Shown here piece by piece: positions 9,037-19,043 of a stretch of DNA of 64,000 nt (position 1 is the first letter of the stretch; each line of letters begins with the position of its first letter). The DNA comes from Alphaproteobacteria bacterium (GTDB lineage Bacteria > Pseudomonadota > Alphaproteobacteria > UBA8366 > GCA-2717185), in contig JAPKDL010000004.1 of NCBI GenBank assembly GCA_028822585.1, forward strand, positions 3,161-67,160, given 5' to 3'. Under the pieces are notes generated by a model, which saw only the letters and a list, made by a program, of their open reading frames with translations, made no database searches and was not told the origin of the DNA. The position numbers and the translations under genes are program-made.

Positions 9037-9981
9037 TCAAGCGCTGGCGGCGTCAATCTTTGCGATGTCCTCCGCCTCAAGCGAAATGTCCACCGACTTT
9101 ACCAGTTCCTCCAGTTGTTCCAGATTGGTTGCGCTAGCAATGGGCGCACAGACACTGGGCCGCGCGATAAGCCACGCCATCGCCACCTGTCCAGGCTTAG
9201 CATTATGTTTTTCCGCCACCTCGTCCAGCGCCGAAATGATAGCGAAGCCTTTATCGTTGAGATATTTTTCAACCCGAGGCCCGCGAATTCGCCCTTCCAT
9301 ATCCGCTTTGGATCGGTATTTCCCTGTTAAAAACCCACTCGCCAACGAATAGAATCCAATGACGCCTATATTCTCAGCAAGACACAAATCCTCTAGCGCC
9401 CCTTCAAAGGTGTCCCGTTCCACAAGACTATAAATCGGCTGCAGGCTTTGATAGCGCGGGAATCCCTTTTCACTTAAATCGAGCGCTTCCTTAAGCCGGT
9501 CGGCGGTAAAATTGGACGCACCAATCTCCCGCACCTTGCCCTGCTCGATCAACTTCGCATAGGCCTCCAACGTAGCTTCTACCGGCGTGTCCGGATCATC
9601 CTTGTGAGATTGATACAAGTCGATGTAATCGGTCTTCAGCCGCCGCAACGACGCCTCCACCGCCTCGACCATGTACTTCGGCGATAGCCCTACTTTGCCA
9701 GGCCCCATTTCCATACCAAATTTTGTCGCGATAATGACCTTGTCACGCCCTCTGCGTTGCGACAGCCAGTTGCCGATAATGATTTCCGATTCACCGCCTT
9801 CATTGTCATTATGCCAACGCGAATACACGTCTGCTGTGTCGATGAAGTCGAACCCGGAATCAACGAACGCGTCCAAAATCTTGAAAGACTCCGCCTCATT
9901 CGCCGTCCAACCAAACACATTGCCGCCAAACGTAATCGGCGCAACGGTCAGTGAAGAGGATCCCAATTGCCGTTTTTCCAT
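9037..9981 (-). CDS. Aldo/keto reductase
   Basis: MEKRQLGSSSLTVAPITFGGNVFGW..FIDTADVYS..; AGGAG 10 nt upstream of ATG at 9981 (TTG at 9987 is too close to the SD). Confidence 0.9.
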   Translation of the reverse strand: MEKRQLGSSSLTVAPITFGGNVFGWTANEAESFKILDAFVDSGFDFIDTADVYSRWHNDNEGGESEIIIGNWLSQRRGRDKVIIATKFGMEMGPGKVGLSPKYMVEAVEASLRRLKTDYIDLYQSHKDDPDTPVEATLEAYAKLIEQGKVREIGASNFTADRLKEALDLSEKGFPRYQSLQPIYSLVERDTFEGALEDLCLAENIGVIGFYSLASGFLTGKYRSKADMEGRIRGPRVEKYLNDKGFAIISALDEVAEKHNAKPGQVAMAWLIARPSVCAPIASATNLEQLEELVKSVDISLEAEDIAKIDAASA

Positions 9982-10084
9982 AATCAATAATCTCCTAAGA
10001 ATGCATGAGTTTCTGGACGCGCAGCCTAAAGGTCGAAACCAGCGCCCGCAATCAGGTTAATCTGGTAACGGCAGCAATTCTTAA

Positions 10085-10403
10085 TTAAATTGAAACAAGT
10101 GCATTCTGTTCTATAGGAAAGAGCGCACTACCTTGGTCCTGTCGTCCAATGCCCGGTGACCGGGTCTTGTCATATAAAAGCCCATCGACGCCTTCCGCCA
10201 TAAAGCGCGCCTGCCTAACGTCAGGTCGTGGTCTTCGACTTACCTGTCGTCGCCATAATAGCGCTGGTCCCAACGCCGCTTGCCGTCAGTAAAATGATAC
10301 GGGCGCTCCTGACATGATTCTGTGCGTCTTTCGGACCCCTAATAATCGCTTTAAGCCGCTCATGACCCGAGGACAAAACTATAAAAGGTATTCCTGTGCG
10401 CAT
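10085..10403 (-). mobile_element. IS630-family transposase gene, 5' fragment only, frameshifted (relic)
   Basis: MRTGIPFIVLSSGHERLKAIIRGPKDAQNHVRSARIILLTASGVGTSAIMATTGKSKTT, then a frame change to ..RQARFMAEGVDGLLYDKTRSPGI; this is the N-terminal HTH region of IS630-type transposases; no catalytic domain follows. Confidence 0.7.
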
Positions 10404-10624
10404 CCTCCAGATCCACACATAATAATCTTATAAGGAATCCTTGATTGGACTCTGTGATTCCAGCCTATCCACTAGTATCGCTGACGAACGCCTAGACAAA
10501 CGTACGACTCTCACATTAGGACATGCGGCGGACGTTACAAAGCGTGTCCAAGCAAACTTCGCTTTTGAGGGAACCAAAGCCATTTCTAATCTCGACACGC
10601 CAGGGTTTTGACAAAAACATAGCG

Positions 10625-10641
10625 ACGCTAACGTTTAGCGT
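10625..10641. promoter_or_regulatory. 17-bp palindrome ACGCTAA-CGT-TTAGCGT, candidate operator
   Basis: Perfect 7-bp inverted arms separated by 3 nt, ~175 nt upstream of the cupin gene at 10816. Confidence 0.25.
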
Positions 10642-10815
10642 GACATGCTAAGTGGTGAGAGTCACCGTTTGAAGGTTTGTTGAACTTAATCTACGGTGTC
10701 TATTATTATGGAATCATCCTTATTCCCTCACGGTCATGACGATAAAAAATGGATGTTGCGCCATTTTCAACAGGCCCACAGATATCACATCAGCCATGTT
10801 TAACAGGAGAGATCC

Positions 10816-11166
10816 ATGAAACTTGTGCGCGCCTATTCGGGATCCGATGGCGAATCCCATCTGGAAGTTCAAAGCGAATCCCAATTCGATTTCGTTGAAC
10901 GCGACAACACCCGCACTACCGTCGAAGACGCGACCGGCGTCGTGTTCGCCCTACGCCCGGACGGTTATTTCTCCGACTTCCACAACGCACCGCGCCGTCA
11001 ATACGTGCTGTATCTGCAATGCAGCGTCGAAATTGGCCTGGGTGACGGGAGCTCCCTGATCATGGAGCCCGGCGACGTGTTGCTGGCTGAAGACACCACT
11101 GGTCGCGGCCATTCCTCCCGCGTCGTCAAAGGCGGAATCTGCGCCTTTGTACGCTTGGAGAAGTAG
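10816..11166 (+). CDS. Small cupin-domain protein
   Basis: 116 aa; AGGAG 7 nt upstream; beta-rich with PGDVLLAEDTTGRGHSS typical of single-domain cupins. Confidence 0.75.
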   Translation: MKLVRAYSGSDGESHLEVQSESQFDFVERDNTRTTVEDATGVVFALRPDGYFSDFHNAPRRQYVLYLQCSVEIGLGDGSSLIMEPGDVLLAEDTTGRGHSSRVVKGGICAFVRLEK

Positions 11167-12030
11167 TTACACCCGGCCCGTTAGTTCCAAACCCTTGTCG
11201 AGGCCAGGCGTAGTGCGAACCGGGCCGGACAAGAGAAACGTGTAACCTTCCTCCAGAATGCGTTCGACATTGTCGGCGTCTACATGTGGGTGGCCGACGG
11301 CGACGTCGTTTTCTTTGCATGTATTGACAATCTGGGCCATCGCGTCGCGCACCACCGGGTGGTCGTATTGCCTTGGATAACCTAGCTCCTGGCTTAAATC
11401 ACCCTCGCCGATGAGGATCGCGCCGATGCCCGGCACGTTCTTCAAAATGTCGTCGAGATTATTGATGCCTTTGGTGTCTTCGATCATCAGTATAGCGAAT
11501 ATCTCGCCGTCCGGATTGAGCGGCCAGACATCAGCCTTTTTGTAGTATTCCTGCTGCCCCAACCCCCAATAGCGCATGGCTGTGCCGGGACCGTCACCGC
11601 GAATGCCTGCGGGTTCATAGAGCGGCGCGTCCGTCAGGCGCGGATACCGGCAAGCGCCCACCGCGTTATAGGCTTCCTCCATCGTGGCGACATGGGGCCA
11701 GATGATCCCGTAGACGCCCATGTCGAGCGCTTGCTTGGCTTGCCATTGAGCGATCTCACCGCCATTCGGCGGCACGCGGACCAGGGGCGCAACCGATGGC
11801 GCAACCGATCCAAGAGCGGCAATCTGTCCTCGATTGAGCATATATTGCAAGCAGTCACGCAGGGTTTCCGCGTTCCAAGGGTTGTGTTCCATTTCAAACA
11901 CCACGGCGTCGTATTTGGACGTGGCGAAGGACTGCGCCGACGCCGTGTCAGGAGCTGAAAAGGACGCAAAGGCCGGCTTGCCAGCGTCTAGCGCCCTAAT
12001 GATCCCGTTCAATCGTGTAGAAGTCGCCAT
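11167..12030 (-). CDS. HpcH/HpaI-family class II aldolase
   Basis: ..YDAVVFEMEHNPWN.., ..LMIEDTKGINNLDDIL..GIGAILIGEGDLSQELG..; ATG at 12030 (MATSTRLNGII) has AAGGGGA upstream; the longer ORF-track start lacks an SD. Confidence 0.85.
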   Translation of the reverse strand: MATSTRLNGIIRALDAGKPAFASFSAPDTASAQSFATSKYDAVVFEMEHNPWNAETLRDCLQYMLNRGQIAALGSVAPSVAPLVRVPPNGGEIAQWQAKQALDMGVYGIIWPHVATMEEAYNAVGACRYPRLTDAPLYEPAGIRGDGPGTAMRYWGLGQQEYYKKADVWPLNPDGEIFAILMIEDTKGINNLDDILKNVPGIGAILIGEGDLSQELGYPRQYDHPVVRDAMAQIVNTCKENDVAVGHPHVDADNVERILEEGYTFLLSGPVRTTPGLDKGLELTGRV

Positions 12031-12132
12031 CAAATATCCCCTTAAATTTTTCCGCATATAATACTGCCTTGTCATTATCTTGAATTCACAGGACGATGAA
12101 AGGGTGAACCATTCCAGAAAAGGAAGCGCACT

Positions 12133-13209
12133 ATGAGTGACCTTCGAACCACCCCCATATCTGATGGGAGCGTCTGGACCGGCACCGGATTGAAGACCGA
12201 CCGCGCGTGGGAATTCGAAATCGGCCGTGCACAGGTTGCGGATTTAGAAAGTGCGCTTGCCGCCGTCAAGGCGCGTGGCTTGACCCTACTGGACATTACC
12301 CGCGATGACTTTCCGCTGCCCGCCATGGCATCTCTGCTGGGCTCAGTTGGCGAAGGACTCCGCGACGGACACGGGTTTGCGCTGCTGCACGGGTTTCCCG
12401 TCGAAAACCATGAGGTCGAGGATTTAGAGCTGATGTATTGGGGCCTCTGCAGCCATATTGGAATCGGGATCACCCAGAACAGCGGGGCCGGGTTCATCCA
12501 TTACGTCACAGATGGCAAGCTGCGCCCCCAGCAGGGCAAACGCGGCGTCGGATTCCCAAAGGAATCGCGTTTGCATGTGGATTTGATGGACATCGTGACG
12601 TTGCTCTGCGTCCGGCAGGCCAATGATGATCCGCCCAGTTGGGTCGCCAGCTCCACCACGATCTACAACGAGATTCTGCGACGTCAACCGGACGCATTGC
12701 CCCGTCTCTATGAAGGGTTCGAATGGGATCGTATGGACGAACACGGCGACGATGAAACCGCAACATCGGGGTATAAAGTGCCATTTTTCAGCAACGCCAA
12801 CGGCGTCATTTCATGCCGCTATAATCGAAGCTGGATCAACAAGGCGAATATTCGCCGGAATTCTCCCATGTCGGAGTCTGATTCAGCTCTGCTCGACCTG
12901 ATCGACGACATAGCAGTCGAAACCCGGCTAGAATTTCCCTTCCATGCGGGCGACATCCAATTCGCTAACAATTATACAACATTGCATGGCCGCGCCGCAC
13001 ATGAAAGCCAACCGGATGAAGCAGAAAAGCGGGTATTACAGCGCATCTGGCTAAACGTACCAGCGTTTCGCGATTACGCCGACGAGTCCATTATCCGCTA
13101 CGGAATTGGCACACACGGCAAGATCGGCTGGACGGCGGATGATCTCCGCAACGGACGCCACAACACCCCCCGCGCCCGGCGCGATGACGGCGCCGTGGCC
13201 TTAGGCTAA
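12133..13209 (+). CDS. TauD/TfdA-family Fe(II)/2-oxoglutarate dioxygenase, long form
   Basis: 358 aa; HxD (RLHVDLMD), distal His (NYTTLHGR), ..RVLQRIWL..; same architecture as 979-2064. Confidence 0.8.
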   Translation: MSDLRTTPISDGSVWTGTGLKTDRAWEFEIGRAQVADLESALAAVKARGLTLLDITRDDFPLPAMASLLGSVGEGLRDGHGFALLHGFPVENHEVEDLELMYWGLCSHIGIGITQNSGAGFIHYVTDGKLRPQQGKRGVGFPKESRLHVDLMDIVTLLCVRQANDDPPSWVASSTTIYNEILRRQPDALPRLYEGFEWDRMDEHGDDETATSGYKVPFFSNANGVISCRYNRSWINKANIRRNSPMSESDSALLDLIDDIAVETRLEFPFHAGDIQFANNYTTLHGRAAHESQPDEAEKRVLQRIWLNVPAFRDYADESIIRYGIGTHGKIGWTADDLRNGRHNTPRARRDDGAVALG

Positions 13210-13215
13210 GGGACT

Positions 13216-14043
13216 CTATTCCGGACGATATACCTTGATAGGCCGGTAGGTCTTGTAAACGGGGTTCTGGTCGGACCACTTCACCCCGTTCGCCGCCGCG
13301 CCATCCACGGTAATGGCCTGTCCACTGACGAAGGAGGATCGATCGCTGGCCAGGAACATCGCCATTTCTGCAATGTCTTTGGGAATGCCGGGACGGGGAA
13401 TGGGTTGCCGGTTGGTATAGGCGTCAAGCCGTTCATCTATCAATGAATCAGGGCGCCCGACAGTATTCGCCGACAGGGGCGTCGCGATAAACCCAGGGCA
13501 GATCGCGTTAACGCGAATATTGTACTCGCCCAACTCCATCGCAACAACTTCACTAAGATGAATGACACCGGCCTTGGCCGTTGCGTAAATATGCGGTCCA
13601 CGCCCGGCAATAAGACCAGCGATGCTACCGGTGTTGATGATGCTGCCCGATTGCTGCGGCTTCATGACTCGAGCGGCATGCTTCACGCCCAGGAACACGC
13701 CGCGCACCAGCACCTCCATGGTCATGTCGAATTCTTCAACGGGTATTTCATCAATAGGTCCCAGGACGCCACCGAAGCCCGCATTGTTGAACATGCAGTC
13801 CAGTTGGCCCCATTCGTCCACTGCCCGGTCGACGGCCCCCTTTACCTGCGCTTCCTGCCGGACTTCGACTTCCTGAAACACTGCATTTCCACCGAGAGAT
13901 TCCGCCAACGCTTCCCCACGGTCGCGTTGCATATCGGCGATCACGACCCGGCAGCCCTCTTCCACAAAAAGTTTAACCGTCGCCTCCCCAATACCACTGG
14001 CACCGCCCGTGATGACCGCAACTTTTCCTTCCAACTCCGCCAT
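13216..14043 (-). CDS. Short-chain dehydrogenase/reductase (SDR)
   Basis: KVAVITGGASGIGEA, NNAG, YxxxK (YATAKAG); ATG at 14043 preceded by GGGAGG. Confidence 0.9.
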   Translation of the reverse strand: MAELEGKVAVITGGASGIGEATVKLFVEEGCRVVIADMQRDRGEALAESLGGNAVFQEVEVRQEAQVKGAVDRAVDEWGQLDCMFNNAGFGGVLGPIDEIPVEEFDMTMEVLVRGVFLGVKHAARVMKPQQSGSIINTGSIAGLIAGRGPHIYATAKAGVIHLSEVVAMELGEYNIRVNAICPGFIATPLSANTVGRPDSLIDERLDAYTNRQPIPRPGIPKDIAEMAMFLASDRSSFVSGQAITVDGAAANGVKWSDQNPVYKTYRPIKVYRPE

Positions 14044-14168
14044 AACTCTAGTTCCTCCCATTTGTATTTGGCCCTAACCTTTCCCTATTCAGCCCGAAAA
14101 GAAAAGCGCCACTTGCCCCTTTCCCGCGAACCGTTCAAAATTGCAAATTACAAATTTAGGAGATCGTG

Positions 14169-14846
14169 ATGGAACTTTTTGACGCGATGCGCACTACTTT
14201 TTCCGCGCGGGATTATACCGGTGACCCGCTGCCCGATGACGTCCTTTACGAAATTCTCGACAACGCTCGGTTCGCGCCCAGTGGCGGCAACCGTCAAGGC
14301 GGTCACATTACGGTGGTACGCGACCAAACTGCAAAACAAGCGTTGGCGGACCTCGCTGCGCCCGCCGCCAAACGGTATGCAGCTCAAGTTAAGGCGGGGG
14401 AAAGCCCCTGGAATGCCGCCATCCCGACCACTGTCAGCGAGGCGGAAATTGACGCAACGCCGCCGCCGGCCCTGTTAACTGAAACCTTCGTCAACGCCGA
14501 TGTCGTGTTGGTGTTTACCGTCGACCTCAAGGTTGTCGCGTCGATGGATCAATACCTAGACCGGGTTGGCACAGTGAGCGGCGGTTCTATCTACCCCATG
14601 GTCTGGAACACGTTATTGGCGGCGCGTCAGGCGGGGTTCGGCGGCACGATTACGACACTGGCTATCTCGCAAGAAGACAAAATCCAAGCGCTTCTGGGCG
14701 TACCCCATGATCATGCGGTATGCGCTATCGTACCGTTGGGTAAACCCATCAAGCAATTGACCAAGCTCCACCGAAATTCTGTTGAATCCTTCGTAACAAT
14801 GGAACGTTTCGACGGTGCAGCTTTCAATAGAAACAATCGTGATTAA
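14169..14846 (+). CDS. Nitroreductase-family protein
   Basis: MELFDAMRTTFSARDYTGDPLPDDVLYEILDNARFAPSGGNRQ..; TAGGAG 6 nt upstream of ATG 14169. Confidence 0.85.
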   Translation: MELFDAMRTTFSARDYTGDPLPDDVLYEILDNARFAPSGGNRQGGHITVVRDQTAKQALADLAAPAAKRYAAQVKAGESPWNAAIPTTVSEAEIDATPPPALLTETFVNADVVLVFTVDLKVVASMDQYLDRVGTVSGGSIYPMVWNTLLAARQAGFGGTITTLAISQEDKIQALLGVPHDHAVCAIVPLGKPIKQLTKLHRNSVESFVTMERFDGAAFNRNNRD

Positions 14847-14902
14847 TCGGAAACACTAAAAGTGAACCGATAAATATCAGATTTTTTCTAAAATCATCAA
14901 GA

Positions 14903-14966
14903 TAGAGCAGATCCACAACTTAATTAGGACGTGCGAAACGTTTCTTATAAAAGTCGATCTGCTCTA
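14903..14966. repeat. 11-bp inverted repeat TAGAGCAGATC / GATCTGCTCTA with a 42-nt AT-rich spacer
   Basis: Arms at 14903-14913 and 14956-14966; the spacer contains the 10-bp palindrome GAAACGTTTC. Confidence 0.4.
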
Positions 14967-15035
14967 AAAATAAACCCACGTTTTAAAATGCGCGCTATCC
15001 CATAATATTTTTACGATTTAATTTCAAAAGACACC

Positions 15036-15454
15036 ATGGCCAACTATCATTTGAATCCCATAAATACTTGTGCGCACGACCTTGATGAACCGCGTGATTT
15101 TTACCACGATGTTCTGGCATTATAAGAAGGAATCCACCCGCTATTTCCGTCTAAAAGTTATTGGATGTACACCGCCAAGGTGCCATTATTCACACTTCCT
15201 CTTATGAAAAAAAGAACCCCAATCGCACCGACCGGGACGGCATGGGTACGGAGTTGGACCACTTCGCCGTGTGGAGGTCAGGTCTCGCGGAACAACTTAC
15301 GACGTTTGAAAATGATGGCGTTGAATACGCGAAAAGGCTAGCGGGCGGTGGCATCGTCATTTAAGTCTGCTTCCATAATCCCGATGGCGTAAAGATAGAA
15401 CTGAGATATGTACGAGCCGCCGAAGGAAACATGAAAGACAACTTCGACGGCTAA
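15036..15454 (+). pseudogene. VOC (glyoxalase/bleomycin-resistance/dioxygenase fold) gene, decayed
   Basis: MANYHLNPINTCAHDLDEPRDFYHDVLAL then TAA; another frame gives ..LDVHRQGAIIHTSS..GTELDHFAVWRSGLAEQLTTFENDGVEYAKRLAGGGIVI, in-frame TAA at 15362-15364, then VCFHNPDGVKIELRYV.. to stop 15452-15454. Confidence 0.65.
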
Positions 15455-15477
15455 ATGCAAAGCTAGGAGATAACCAT

Positions 15478-16566
15478 ATGATTATTGAAAGCGTCACAGT
15501 CGAAGTCGTCGAGGTCCCGTTGGACAGCGGCTATGTCGCAGGTGGTCAGGCGGTGTCGTCAAACTGCCATGTTCTAGCCCGCATTCTCACGAAAAGCGGC
15601 GTCGAAGGGTTCGGCTATATCGTCAAGCAACGCCCACAATTGATCCAAGCCGTAGCGCAAGCGACGCGGGAACTGGGCGCTGAACTTATCGGCATGAACG
15701 TGATGGATGTCGAAGCCGCGTGGCAGTCTATGGCGAAAAAAGCCAAATGGATCGGGCCCGGCGGGCTCCTGCACTGGGCCATGGCACCGTTGGATATCGC
15801 CATGTGGGATGCCGCGGGCAAAGCATTGGGCCAACCGCTGTATCGCATGTTGGGCGGGTTCCGCGATCACATCACCGCCTACGGCAGCGACAAGCTATGG
15901 TACAGCCTTTCCCTGGATGAGCTGGGCCGTTCCGCTCAGGACCACGCCGCCAACGGCTTTACCGGGTTAAAACTGCGCCTAGGTCGAGACTTTACCGTTG
16001 CGGAACAAGTCGAGCGCGTGACGGTCGCAGCCGAAGGCGCTGGCCCCGGTGTCGAGATCATGGTCGATGGCACAGAAAGCTGGGATTTGCCCTACGCCCG
16101 GATGGTAGGCCGCGCCTTACAGGACGCCGGCGTCACGTGGCTGGAAGACCCTGTTCATCACGATGACCTGAACGGGTTGGCCAGCCTCACCGCAGCGTTG
16201 GACATTCCCGTAACCGGGGCGGAAAACCTTTACACCTTGGCCGAATTCCGCAACAGCATGGAAGCCAAGGCGCTCGACATCGCAATTTTGGACCTGGCGC
16301 GGGTTGGCGGCATCACCCCATGGCGCAAAATCGCCAGTTTGGTCGAAGCCTATAAAATGCCGGTCTGCGGTCACGTCATGCCCGAAGTTCACGTACATCT
16401 GTTGGCGTCCGTCTCGCATGGGCACAAAGTAGAATATATGCCACGCTCCACGGAAATTCTGCAAAACATGCCAATTCCTGTGAAAGGTGTTTTGAGTGTT
16501 CCCGATGGTCCCGGCCACGGTTTGAAGTTGAACGACGAAGCCGTGAAGCGATTCACGGTAACTTAG
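15478..16566 (+). CDS. Enolase-superfamily enzyme (mandelate racemase / muconate lactonizing enzyme family)
   Basis: 362 aa; AGGAG SD; ..MVDGTESWD.., ..WLEDPV.., ..TGAENL.. metal-ligand pattern. Confidence 0.9.
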   Translation: MIIESVTVEVVEVPLDSGYVAGGQAVSSNCHVLARILTKSGVEGFGYIVKQRPQLIQAVAQATRELGAELIGMNVMDVEAAWQSMAKKAKWIGPGGLLHWAMAPLDIAMWDAAGKALGQPLYRMLGGFRDHITAYGSDKLWYSLSLDELGRSAQDHAANGFTGLKLRLGRDFTVAEQVERVTVAAEGAGPGVEIMVDGTESWDLPYARMVGRALQDAGVTWLEDPVHHDDLNGLASLTAALDIPVTGAENLYTLAEFRNSMEAKALDIAILDLARVGGITPWRKIASLVEAYKMPVCGHVMPEVHVHLLASVSHGHKVEYMPRSTEILQNMPIPVKGVLSVPDGPGHGLKLNDEAVKRFTVT

Positions 16567-17765
16567 ATAGCGCCAGCCTCACGCAGTTTCGCCACCTCTT
16601 CCGCCGAACAACCCAATTCCTTTAGAATTACGTCCGTATCCTGGCCTAATTCAGGCGGTGGCGCGACGGGTGCCACGACATCGCCGTTCACCTTAAAACC
16701 CAAGGTCGGCACATGGGCGGTAACCTCGAGCCCGGGCAATTCTATCGGCGCGGTGATCCCACGGGCCTTGAGCTGACCTTCGTTCATGACTTCGGCGAAT
16801 TCACGTACGCGCGCGGCCGGAACCTTCGCTTCATTCAAGATGACTTCCCATTCATCAGCGCTTTTACCTTTAATGGTATTGGAAATTTCCTCACGCAGGG
16901 ACTCTACATTTTCACGACGTATCGCGATATCGGCCCAACGGTCGTCACTTAACAATTCCGGACGCCCAATGGCGTTACAGAGCTGTTGATGCTGGCGTTC
17001 ATTGTTGGCGGCGATCATCAGCACGCCCGAGGTCGTTTCAAAGGCGCCCGAAGATGGGCTACGGCTTTGCGCCTCGTTTCCTGACGGCCCTGGCGCATTC
17101 CCTGTTGTCAGATACGACGTCATCATCGACGACATTAGCAACATGGACGTGTCCAACATCGCAACATCAAGCTCAACCGCTTCGCCTGTCCGACGCGCTT
17201 CATGAAGCGCAGATACAATCGCGAAGGCCGCGTTTAACCCCGTCGCATAATCCACATAGGGCGCGCCAACCTTATTTGGCACGGTGTCCGGCGTTCCTGT
17301 CGTCATCGTGATGCCTGACATGCCTTGCACCACATGATCATACGCAGATCGATCGCCAATGGGGCCATCCTGGCCGTAGGCCGAAATCGAGCAATAAATG
17401 ATCCCCGGCTTAATCGCTTTAACGTCACTAAAGGAGAGACCCAGACGACCCGCCGCGCCAGGACGAATGTTTTGAACAAAGATATCCGCCGTCGCGATCA
17501 ACCGCTTTATCAGCGTGAGCCCTTCCGGTTTTTTTAAATCAATTGTGATCGATCGTTTGTTGGACCCTTGAGTGACATAGGATAAACCCATTTTATCGCC
17601 CCCCAACGCCGGGTCTCCCATGCCGGTGCGGGTCGCATCCCCTTCATCGGGCATTTCGACCTTGATGACCTCGGCGCCCATAAGCGCCAACTGATAGGTC
17701 GAATACGGACCGGCGAGAATTTGAGTCAGATCGACAACGCGAAGTCCGGAAAGTGGTTGAAACAT
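16563..17765 (-). CDS. Family III CoA-transferase (CaiB/BaiF type)
   Basis: MFQPLSGLRVVDLTQILAGPYSTYQLALMGAEVIKVE..; 400 aa. Confidence 0.9.
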   Translation of the reverse strand: MFQPLSGLRVVDLTQILAGPYSTYQLALMGAEVIKVEMPDEGDATRTGMGDPALGGDKMGLSYVTQGSNKRSITIDLKKPEGLTLIKRLIATADIFVQNIRPGAAGRLGLSFSDVKAIKPGIIYCSISAYGQDGPIGDRSAYDHVVQGMSGITMTTGTPDTVPNKVGAPYVDYATGLNAAFAIVSALHEARRTGEAVELDVAMLDTSMLLMSSMMTSYLTTGNAPGPSGNEAQSRSPSSGAFETTSGVLMIAANNERQHQQLCNAIGRPELLSDDRWADIAIRRENVESLREEISNTIKGKSADEWEVILNEAKVPAARVREFAEVMNEGQLKARGITAPIELPGLEVTAHVPTLGFKVNGDVVAPVAPPPELGQDTDVILKELGCSAEEVAKLREAGAI

Positions 17766-17884
17766 TTTGGTAACCTTTGAGTTAGAATTTGTAGATTTGA
17801 TGTCAACTTAGTTTAAGGCGCATGTTTTGCCCAGCCGGTCACCACGATGTAGGATGACGAAACGCTATTCCGGGAGGATGAGGC

Positions 17885-18691
17885 ATGTTGAAGGGTAGAA
17901 CCGCGCTGGTGACGGGATCTACAAGAGGTATTGGCGAGGCGGCAGCGCGCACGTTAGCCGCGCAAGGTTGCAACGTCATGATGAACGGATTTGGCGACGC
18001 CGATGACATAGAAGCCAAGCGGTCGCAGATCGAAGCGGATAGCGGATCAACCGTGCGCTATCACGACGCTGATTTATCGGACGAAAAACAACTCGACGAT
18101 TTAGTCGATAGCACCGAGGCGGCCTTTGGCAGAATCGACATTCTCGTAAATAACGCAGTGATCCGTTATTTCCATACCGTGGACGACTTCGACCGCGATA
18201 ATTGGCGCCACGCATTATCGGTCAATCTGACGGCGCCGTTTTTCCTGATGCAACGGGTTTTGCCCGGTATGCGCACACTTGGTTGGGGGCGCATCATAAA
18301 TATGGCGTCCGTTTTAGGGCTCGGTGCTCGGGGGGGACGTGCGGATTACGTCACGTCAAAAACCGCGATCATCGGCCTGACTCGCGCCGTTGCGGCGGAA
18401 ACCAAGATGGAGCCGCATATCACCTGCAACGCCATTTGCCCCGGTTCCGTGCTGACGCCCAACACGGAAATTAAAATTAGCGAGTTAGCGAAAGCCGACG
18501 GGTTGGATTTCGAAGAGGCCAAGGCGCAATATTTGCTGCGACGAGGCCAGAAGACCGGCTATATCGAACCTGCGCAAATCGCCGACCTTATTGCGTTCTT
18601 GTGCCAGGAATCTTCAATGGATATCACGGGCGCGGCGATCCCTATCGACCGCGGACGTTCCGCTACATGGCTGGACGGTGCCGACGGATAA
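17885..18691 (+). CDS. SDR, 3-hydroxybutyrate-dehydrogenase-like
   Basis: LKGRTALVTGSTRGIGEAAARTLAAQGCNVMMNGFGDADDIE.., YVTSKTA; GGGAGG SD. Confidence 0.85.
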   Translation: MLKGRTALVTGSTRGIGEAAARTLAAQGCNVMMNGFGDADDIEAKRSQIEADSGSTVRYHDADLSDEKQLDDLVDSTEAAFGRIDILVNNAVIRYFHTVDDFDRDNWRHALSVNLTAPFFLMQRVLPGMRTLGWGRIINMASVLGLGARGGRADYVTSKTAIIGLTRAVAAETKMEPHITCNAICPGSVLTPNTEIKISELAKADGLDFEEAKAQYLLRRGQKTGYIEPAQIADLIAFLCQESSMDITGAAIPIDRGRSATWLDGADG

Positions 18692-18700
18692 TTTTGGACT

Positions 18701-18961
18701 GTGACGGATATAAGCTTCACCTATGTCCTGGGCAGTGATGGTCCCGGAGGCTACCGCACCTATGTCGGTTGGACGACAGATCTTTATCGCCGATTGGCCG
18801 AGCACAACGCGGGAACGGGAGCCCGTTCCACCCGAGGCCGGCAATGGGAATTGCTCTACGCCGAGCGATGTTCGAAACGTGGGCTGGCGATGAGCCGGGA
18901 ATGGCATCTGAAACGAGATCGCCGATTTCGACGTGCGCTGTGGCCTATTGTCTCAATCTGA
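18701..18961 (+). CDS. Stand-alone GIY-YIG nuclease-domain protein (UPF0213-like)
   Basis: 86 aa, GTG start; FTYVLGSDGPGGYRTYVGWTTDLYRRLAEHN.. Confidence 0.7.
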   Translation: MTDISFTYVLGSDGPGGYRTYVGWTTDLYRRLAEHNAGTGARSTRGRQWELLYAERCSKRGLAMSREWHLKRDRRFRRALWPIVSI

Positions 18962-19043
18962 CCGGCAACAATTTCTTGTGTCCGCCATCGGTTTCTTCGA
19001 TGCTGCCGCCTACAAACAACATGAATAATTTGGATGAAGACCC

